Origin: Nageia nagi
Lineage: Eukaryota; Plantae; Pinophyta
Reading direction: 5' to 3'
Assembly (NCBI GenBank): GCA_050084985.1
Contig: JBITNC010000002.1
Location: 16,554,001 to 16,618,000 of the forward strand
DNA: 64,000 nucleotides
How positions within the stretch are numbered: position 1 is the stretch's first letter; each line of letters begins with the position of its first letter. Shown in pieces: positions 55,151 to 64,000 of this stretch. The position numbers were made by a program, and so were the translations under genes. The notes under the pieces are model-generated. The model did no database searches. It was not told where the DNA came from and worked only from the letters and a program-made list of their open reading frames with translations.

Positions 55151-57698
55151 TAAAAAATGTTGGAAAAGGTTAAAGAGTTTGGCTTTACATATGATAATTG
55201 TATCATTTAACATATTGCTAGACTCATTAAGTATTACCATTAAAGAAAATAACCAACCTTTCCTATTTTTATGTTTCCATACAAATTCAATAAGCTTCAT
55301 ATTCATATGCAATTGTTGATTTAAAGTTCATGAGCTTTTAAAAGAAAATAAAGGTATAATAAAATTTGAATAGTATACACTACACTTCAACTGCAACATC
55401 TACCAATAAGAGAATACATTCATGTTTCTTAAATAACATATTAATTATACAAAATACATGGACTATAATGACCATATTATGTATTCTTATGGCCATCTCT
55501 CTTGTTCATTGGATTACAGTTGGATATCCTTACAACTTGATTTTCCTTCAAAACAAAATTCAAATTTTATATCACTCTAATTAGGTGTTCATTTTTTCAC
55601 TTAGTAATTACTAAAATGGTGAAGGGTAAGAAGTGGCTCAAGTTATTCAACCTACTTATCGAAGAAATATATAAAAATGATATTTTTTCAATTTGAACTA
55701 TCATGGAGCAAAGTTCATTGCATAGGATGTAGTAACATAGACTTGGTGACAATGATATATATTGATAAAGTGAATGATTTCAAGAGAGGTGAAGAAAATA
55801 TTCTAAAATCCCAATAAAATTTTGTATGTAAGCATGAAGTGAACAAGGTATATAATAAAAATGGTGTTGATTATACACCAAAAGGATTTACAATATGAAC
55901 ATGTTCCAACTAAGTGTAGTGTTTATTTTACCCTTTAGTTTTTCATTATCTAAAATGTAGGACATATAGTCACTAATCTAATATTATGAATTGTAGTTAT
56001 TGGTTCTCATATGGGTACAAATATAAGAGTAAATACCCACCTCCTCCTAAAAGGAATATACATTTCATCTAAAATAGAGGATGCTAATGTCATTATTTGG
56101 TAAAGGTTTATGAATGGAATCTTAATGTTGCTTTCATTATCTATAATTATTTCAAACATATGGATCTAGATGGATATCCTTGCCAATATGGTATCCATGA
56201 CTCATTAATAGACATTAAGAGGTATTTAGTTGAACCATGTTTATCATGTGATATAATGTCCATGATTAAGGAGTTGTTGGTTATAAGTGTGTCTATTGAT
56301 AAAATTTATGATAATCAGTACTTGAATAAGTTGTTTGGTGATTTGCTATAATGAGGAGAGATGTCATCAACATATGTAAATGGTTTCAAAATATTGATGT
56401 ACTAGAGCATAATGATGGTAGATAATGTATTCATTCATGGTATCAAGAGGAGAAGGATACATATTTTATTTATAATCCACATGAGGAGGGGTTGCACAAA
56501 TTTATTTTTAGCATTCAATCTCCATATATGTTGGTGAAAATGGTGAAATTATCCCATAATAATATTATTGCAATGGACAAATATTTAATATCAACTGGTA
56601 CCTGGTAAGTTTAGTGTCATATTTTCTTCTCACTTTAGATATAATATTTGAAACATTTATTTTTTCTCTCCTTTAGTAGGTATTAACATAAATGTGGATA
56701 TTCCTTTTATTAAACTCAGTCTTTATGTCATACATTTTTTATATTCTTAAAGGAGTAGTTACTCATTTGAAGGACTTCTACTCAAGCTCAAGCATATTTT
56801 TTCTTTTTCTTAAGTGTTATTTATCAAAAATATCAAATACATTATTAATGAGAGTGTTAAGAACCCCCATCTTCTAGGAATGTTAAGAATCTAGAATCAA
56901 GATTTGAAATGATAGAAGAAAAAAAACCATAATAACTGTAAACATTTGTAAATGGTATTGTCATTATATTTAAAGAAAAAATAATATAACAATAAATATG
57001 AGGTTGTATAGAAATAAAGGATATTATTTTAATGTTGTTATTCCATGCCTCAAATATGCAAACAATGACATCACTTAGAGTTGAATATTCCTTTTCTACC
57101 ATGTCCACTATGCAAGATAACATCATACTTTGCATAAGTAAACAAGAACTCTAGATACAAAATTGGACATATAACATATTTTAATGTAGAATCTATATTT
57201 TTCTATAACATTTAATATGTACTCTACCTTTCATAGAAGCTTAGTTCAATCTGCAATCGTCTAATCTATTTAAGTTAATTGCTAGATTACATGAAAACTA
57301 TATTCTAAAAATAAGATATGAGATTATCATAGTAACATGAATTTTAACTAAAATAGGAAAATTCAATTCATATTCTTTATATAAAACTACAATGTATAGG
57401 AGACTCTCCAATTCATTTCAAAGTAAAATTCTTTGCACTACTATGCATCTTAGATTTTAATTCAACCTAAATAATACTTTTTGTATGTGAGAAGTAAAAT
57501 TACTAAAATTCATTTGACACAATATAATATAAGTGAACAATACATGCCTTGGCATTTTTTATTAAATATTGGGTGAAATTTTACAAAATTATGGAGTTTT
57601 GAGAGGCCCTCTAGTAACCTTGTCCAATTTTGGTACAAAATTCCTTAACAACCCAAATGCAATTGATAACTTCTCACTATGCTAGAAGAGAGGCACTT

Positions 57699-60582
57699 TG
57701 TTGATATGTTTTTTGGTACACCTAGGGTTTTGGCCTAAATGAACTAAATACACATAAACATTTAAGTATGTACTATCTATGCTAATTACTCAAATAAGCA
57801 TACATGAATTATGGGAAGTAATAATGCAGTAATAGAATTAGGAATTATATTGATGTCAAGATGTAAAACGAATGCATGCATTAAAGAAATGGAATCAAGT
57901 GTAAGATAAAAACTTGTATATACTTACCTTTGTCAAGGCATAAAATATGCATGATGAACTTATCAAAGAGAGGTGACCTTGTTGTGTGAACCCCATGGCT
58001 AATAGCAGAAAGAATCCTAGCATGAGCGCTAGGTTCAAAGGACTTAGTGTTGGTGCGCACTTCAACATGGTGCTAGAATTCTGGTAGAATGAGGTCCACC
58101 AACATGGATTGATGATAGCATTTATGAAAACAAGTCAAACCAAGTATATGATCATGAATATGGATGAAATATATTTTCATGAGTGTTAACAAGATTTCAA
58201 TCTCAATAGGTAGTGTTTGGAAACACCAAGAGTAGGGTACTAGTTATTAAGATGTAATCTTGACCTACTTTCCATATGTTAGAGATACTTACATTTATAT
58301 CAAGCATGATACAATCATTTAATCACTTATATGAAGGTTGAAGCTATCCCAATATACCTAATATAAAAATAAGAACATAATCTGAGAAATAAGTGATAAT
58401 AAGGTACAATATGATTGAATGTAACTAAATGTGATTAAATATTTATGTAAAGTTGCACCTAAGTGATACCATATTAAGAGGACCACTTTTAGGTGTCAAC
58501 AAATACGCCCTTTGTAAGTATAATGAAATTGAATCTTGAAATGATATTATACTTGCAAAGGAAATAAAGGTAAAGAGAATAAAAATTTGAAACTTCCCTA
58601 GTTTAGTTGTAGACTGTCCAAATCATCAGGGAATGATAATGTATATTTCCATCTCTTTGCATTGGTTATGATATGTAATGGCTTACATGAAGTGGAATCA
58701 ACCAAGAGAAAATAATAAAACTTTAAAATGAGAGATAAAATAACACCAAACTTTCCAACATATATATGATGGTTAACTCATAAAAGATATAGCAATGATA
58801 GTAAGAGTAAATCATCATAACATTTCATCACAAGTGATATAGTAGTAATGAAGCAATAATGAAATAAATATAAGATTCATACATCATATTGAGAACACTA
58901 AATATAAAAATACTCAATATTTCATTCTTAGATGCATACATACAAGATCATGATAAAGGTTTTTCCACATCATCATGGGGTACGTGCCGCATTCCTAGAT
59001 GGAACACATGTAATCAAAATCATATATGCTAACATTGTCATGAGGTACATATCCCATTCCTAGATGCAACATATGAATCATAAAGAACTAGCATGATGAT
59101 GGTTAGTTGAGGCCCAACCAATAAAGATAAATCAAAGATGATAATGGAGGTTAGTTGAGACCCAACTAACAAAGTTGAATCAAAGCAAGGATAATGGAGG
59201 TTAGTTGAGATCCAACCAGCAAAGGTGACTCAAATAAATGATAATTGAGGTTAGTTATAACCCTACCAGAAAAATGATTGAAAGCAATAATAATGGAGGT
59301 TAGTTGAGACTCAACCAATAAAGGTGAATAAAAGATGATTGTCTTATTTTCCAACCATGCATGATTATAGCACCAGTGATAATGTGGTAATTAGATTAAT
59401 GATTAGTTTAGTCCCAACCAAATGATCATAAAATAGTGATGGTTATTTAATGGCCACCCAACAAGGACATAATGTATGAAGCAATAATTAAGCATGATAA
59501 AAGTAAATTATGAATCTTGAATCATGAATGTAAAGAAAAGAGAGGAAAAAAAATACTTGTGCTTACCTTTGATAAACTATATGATTTATTCCAAGAACAC
59601 TAGCATGGATACTACTATTAGCATGGGTGCGTAAGGTAGTATGGGTGCTGAGCCTGGTATTGATTCTTATCTTAGAATTATTTTGGTGTTGAGATGTAGC
59701 TATTATGAGGGATTTGATTTATGTGTGATATCTAAGGACTAAGCCAAATTGATGAAGGTATTGCCTATATGACTAATTGAACTCATGTCATTGATATGTA
59801 TATGAAAACTAACTAATCCTAATTTGATACTATCACATGTCCTATTTGACTTGGATGTGATCCCTGATTCTTATGATATGTACTTTTATATAAAATGTGA
59901 AAAGAATACTAGCACATATGATAAGCTATATCAAAAAGGTTAATGCAACAAGTGCTAGCTTAACATATTGATAATGGAGCTAAGATAATGACAAATAACC
60001 TATAACCTAAAGATTGAATAAAGGGTAACTATTAAGACTAGTGTGACAAGCATATCTTATGGATAAAAGGACTTGAGGTACTTTACATTGGTTGAGAATT
60101 TATCCACTTTGACATCAACTATTACTAATCTATATGCATTATCTGGATATTTTATTTTGATGATGTATGGACACATCCAATTTGTTCTAAAATTTCCCTT
60201 GTCTTATTTTTCAGCCTATGATTTGTTGTGGTTCTCTTTGAGCACTAGGTAACCCACTTGGAACTCTATTGGTATAAACTTATTTCCATATGCTTTCTTG
60301 CCTATTATTTGATAAGCTCTGAGATATTCTAAAGTATGGATTCATTTTTCATCTAATCCTTCTAGTTGCCTTAGTCTTGATATTTATTGCTTTTCCCAAT
60401 CAATGATGCCTTCTAGAGACACCATTAATAATGGTATTTCTACTTCCAAAGGTAAGATTACCTCATCTCCATAGACTAATGAAAATAGTGTACACCTTTT
60501 AGCTGATCTAATTGTTGTTTTGTATGCCTAAAATGCATAGATAAGCTATGAATGCCAATCTCTATGAGTTTGGTTGACTATT
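57699..60582 (-). mobile_element. Tat-like Gypsy 3' part: integrase remnant, 3' UTR, PPT and 3' LTR (57699-58501)
   Basis: Integrase DWHS.LIYA..AYKTTIRSA..FSLVYGDEVILPLEVEIP (~60420-60580); GGGCGTATT-TGTTGACACCTAAAA LTR start; LTR ends CAACA. Confidence 0.82.
59090..59330. repeat. ~50-bp tandem repeat (5 copies) in Tat-like 3' UTR
   Basis: GGTTAGTT(G)A at 59101, 59149, 59199, 59249, 59298. Confidence 0.9.
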
Positions 60583-61224
60583 TGTAATGTCCCAGAAAAG
60601 AAATTACAGAAATACAAGTATAGAAAAAATATAGAACTGAAATATTACTCAAAAGACACCCAAAAATGAGTAATAACTAGCCAAGAGAATATATTAAAAT
60701 ATTACAAGACAATACATGCGCTGGAATAACCAAGGGCATCCATAAAATAACATCAAAATGCAGATATAACACCTTCAGAATGCCATGAATCTCCTTGGGA
60801 CTATTTTTGTGTTTATAGGGCAATCACACCTTCAATGAAATTGCCAAAGATCCCAACCATGCACCTTCAATGCACTTTGGGGTGAGCAAGACCTTCAATC
60901 TTCACTCAAAGAAACTCAAGGGTTTCAGATTTCAATTTCAATAATATCAATAACATGCTCCAAATGAGATGCTCACTTCCTTTTATAGAATGAGGTTCTA
61001 ATTTGGAGTTGACATCTCCTAACCCTAAAATCACTTAAAGTACCTTATTACAAAAAATAAAAATATAAAACATAAATAAACACAACTTAAGTTATGTCTC
61101 CTAGTCACATGAACCCCTTTTCCACTTTTATAATTAAGTGTAGGAGACATTTACAAAATATTTATTTTTGGGACATTACAAGTCCACCCTCCTCAAATTG
61201 CTTGTCCTCAAGCAAAGTCAAAGT
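60583..61224 (-). mobile_element. Chromoviral Gypsy 3' LTR (60583-61180), PPT and chromodomain tail
   Basis: 11-bp terminal inverted repeats TGTAATGTCCC..GGGACATTACA; preceded on minus strand by GAGGAGGGTGGACT and codons LLEDKQFEEGGLVM; inserted into the Tat-like integrase. Confidence 0.88.
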
Positions 61225-64000
61225 TGGATCAAAGAAGACATGAAGAGATGAAAATGCTGAATCATCAAAAAGAGAAGCAAAAGTAGGTGGTAAGATGTGG
61301 CTTCCTTTAGCAACATATAATGCTCTCATCATATACCATGAATAATGCTGAACACATTTTATCGCCAGTTGATGAAAAGTAACCAATGCATGCGAAAGTA
61401 GGATACCATTCAATTCCACAGTTGCCCCCTTTATAGTTGGTACCTTTATAACAGAATGCAACAAGGCCCATAATGTTTCCTAGGCTGATGTATAGTTTGC
61501 CTATGGATTCCCAGGTAGAAAGTTTGCTATAATCTTTATTGGATGAATTTCAAAGCTTTCAAAATAAATTTTTCAGTTGGAAGAAGTTGACTGAGCTAGT
61601 GAAGTTCGGTAGAAAGGAACCAGCTTCATTAATGTATCTTCATCAATATTCAAATTAATGTGCTTAAGAAGAATGGATGAGTACTTCACATGGTTGGGAT
61701 TAGATGCATGATTAGAGATAATAGCAAATATATGCAGTACAGTTTCATCCCTTTCAAATGTGTCTTTATCATGTACCCTTAACATTACCACAAAGGGAGC
61801 CCCTTGCCACTTCTCATCCACTTCAAATGTCTCAAGTTTAAACTGGCACAGTGTATGCTTGCTTGCAATGGTAAACTCTAGCATCAATCTCCTAGTCCTT
61901 GCACTTATTATAGAAATGTACCAATTATTTTCATTTGAATCCTCATGATCCTGGGTTCCTTACTCTAGCAGGCTAATTCCCATATATGAAACCTTATAGT
62001 CAATCTTTGCATATAGAAATTCATTTTGAGCTCTCTGTTCTCTTCTTTTCCAGCTATTGATGTCTTCACAGAGGCATAAAATCCTAGTTGGTCCATTTGC
62101 ATATACTTCGTACCCCGCCTTTGACAAATCCAATTCATCTAGTATGTCATTAGTACTGTCAGATGGAAGAGGAAAGGTAAATCCTCTAATGTGCTTTGAT
62201 TTACCAAGGGATTTCCATGGGCATAATTTATCCAAGGCTATTTTATGCCAAAGTTGTGTTCCTGCCACACTGAAAATGAGCTCATGCGGTGCAGTTAGGT
62301 CATCCCAAACATAACCTATAATGGCACCAGGTTTTAAAACATCCACTACTATCAACCCCTTCTGATGAAATAGAATGGATGCCTTGCAGAGAGTGTTATT
62401 TATTTGATATGGTAAATATTCAGGTGATATCAAACTGAAGTACATTATCAATGAACTTCTTTCTTCTCTAACATCAATAACTGCAAATCTAGTGATCTAT
62501 TTTTCCCGCAAAGTATTTCCAATTGGTGAAGAATTTCTAAGGATATTTGAATGATTACTGAATTTCAAAAAGAAATGCCCTAAAGAAGCAGCACAAATTG
62601 ATCCAGACCAGGTCCATCCATCTTCCTTCAATGAAAATTGAACAAGTAACGAGTAATCTGGGCTTGAATTTCTATGCATTTTCAAAATGTTACCAGTAGA
62701 ACGAACAGGTTTGTCTTCACCAGGCAAGATTTTCATATTAAGTATAGCTCTTTGACTAGGGTCGAGTGACTATTTTGCATCTTCAGTTTCCTGCAAACCA
62801 TTTTGACAAACAAAAATGTCCTCATTTGAATGATTCACAACAATGTGTCTAGGAACTAAATAAATAGTTTGTGTTGGCTCCAAGACACTTGATGAAGATA
62901 CCCGAGAATAACCACCCAGCTTTACTATGTCCTTTAAACCAGCTTCAGAAAGTTCTAAACTAATTTCTATGAAACTTGAGAAGAATTCTAAATCCAGTAA
63001 TGATGCAACTGCATTTTGTTCTATCCTTCGAATGAGTAACTTGTCATACCTCTGAATCCAGGAGATTTTTGACCCAGGATTGAGATGAATTCCATGTCCT
63101 GTTGGGGTTGATTCCAGATTATTTTTGCCTCTCCCTCTCCACAGAAAGGTATTCTATTTTGAAGCAAAGCATATAAATGGAATATGTGTGTCATTCTAGA
63201 GAGTGTAAGGTGAATAAATAACCACTTCTAAAAGCCCTCGATCTCCTCATGACAGCCTCATCATAACCAAATTTTTCCCATCCCTAAAATCCAATTCTAC
63301 ATCTAGACCATGTAGGTCACCTTTAGAGTTGTGAGAGTTTTTCCCAATCACCAGCATTTATCAGTTTGCTTTTTTCATTAAATTTACAAAGTGTTATAGT
63401 CAGAAAAAGTTTGTAAAGGTCTACATACATATATTTTTTACATCCACCTTGAACAAGAATATGATTGCTACTATCTTCAGAAGTTTCAACTACACTCGTG
63501 TCTGAACAATCACTTAACATCACTGTAATATCCAATTCAAGAAGATTAGAAACCTGAATGGTTGGCAAAATCAAGATTTCTTGTTGTTCATGCCATGCAA
63601 CTCTTAAGGACTCTTTCTCTCAGTCATCAGAAGTATGAGATCTTGTAATGGGAAGTTTCCTTCTTGTCATTCAAACTAGAAAATAAAGATCTTTAAACTT
63701 TGTATGAGCAGTCTTGCTACCATAGTGAATTGTGGTAAAAGAGGATTCTGATGATAGACCATTGAATTTCTTCTTGATGCGATAACTTAACTTTTGAAAT
63801 AGACTCAAAAGTCGAATAGCTTTTACACCTTTCAAATCCTCTGACCACTCAAAGAAATCAGTCCTTTCACTCTCCACTATGAACTTCTCAGAAGTTGCAG
63901 GTCAGAGACAAAGTAAATAATTTCCAAGATTGAGGGATATAAGGGCCTTTCTCATTTCACCAAAATATTTTAAAGCATCAAGAGCTACCATGTAATCATC
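61225..64000 (-). pseudogene. VPS13: Intron-less VPS13-family (At3g50380/VPS13X-like) gene fragment with stops and frameshifts
   Basis: WTWSGSIC..SLG.FFLKF, PYQINN, YVWDDLT.PHEL, GYEVYANGPTRIL, LNIDEDTLMKLVPFYR, LHSVIKVP.IK..VELNG..QHYSWY.MRALY.AKGS..LPP.FAS.FDD..FFDP; ORFs 62497-62736 and 61960-62451 are one frame split by a TAG; continues past the window end. Confidence 0.88.

Noticed and set aside
61162-64000. Functional VPS13 gene with short exons
   Set aside because: Gaps between ORFs are in-frame stops or frameshifts, not GT-AG introns, and the 3' end is fused to a retrotransposon tail.

Overview
Plant nuclear DNA, AT-rich and dominated by nested, decayed transposable elements. The TE families and PPR motif style suggest a gymnosperm/conifer (inference). 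No intact host protein-coding gene is present. The apparent functional core is a minus-strand cluster of three MIR397 hairpins (mature arms 27760-27780, 36132-36152, 46471-46491), each with a different mature sequence and its own upstream cluster of GTAC copper-response motifs. Other notable content: an intron-less VPS13-like gene copy fused to the chromodomain tail/PPT/LTR of a chromoviral Gypsy element (60583-64000), a ~394-bp tandem array built from a frameshifted PLS-PPR unit (52430-55150), a decayed Sola2-type DDD transposon with telomere-like arrays and a tRNA-Lys pseudogene (~14-25 kb), a young Sirevirus-like Copia 3' end, and fragments of Copia, Tat-like, CRM and L1 elements. Family assignments are from recognised motifs, not database searches; boundaries of decayed elements are approximate.
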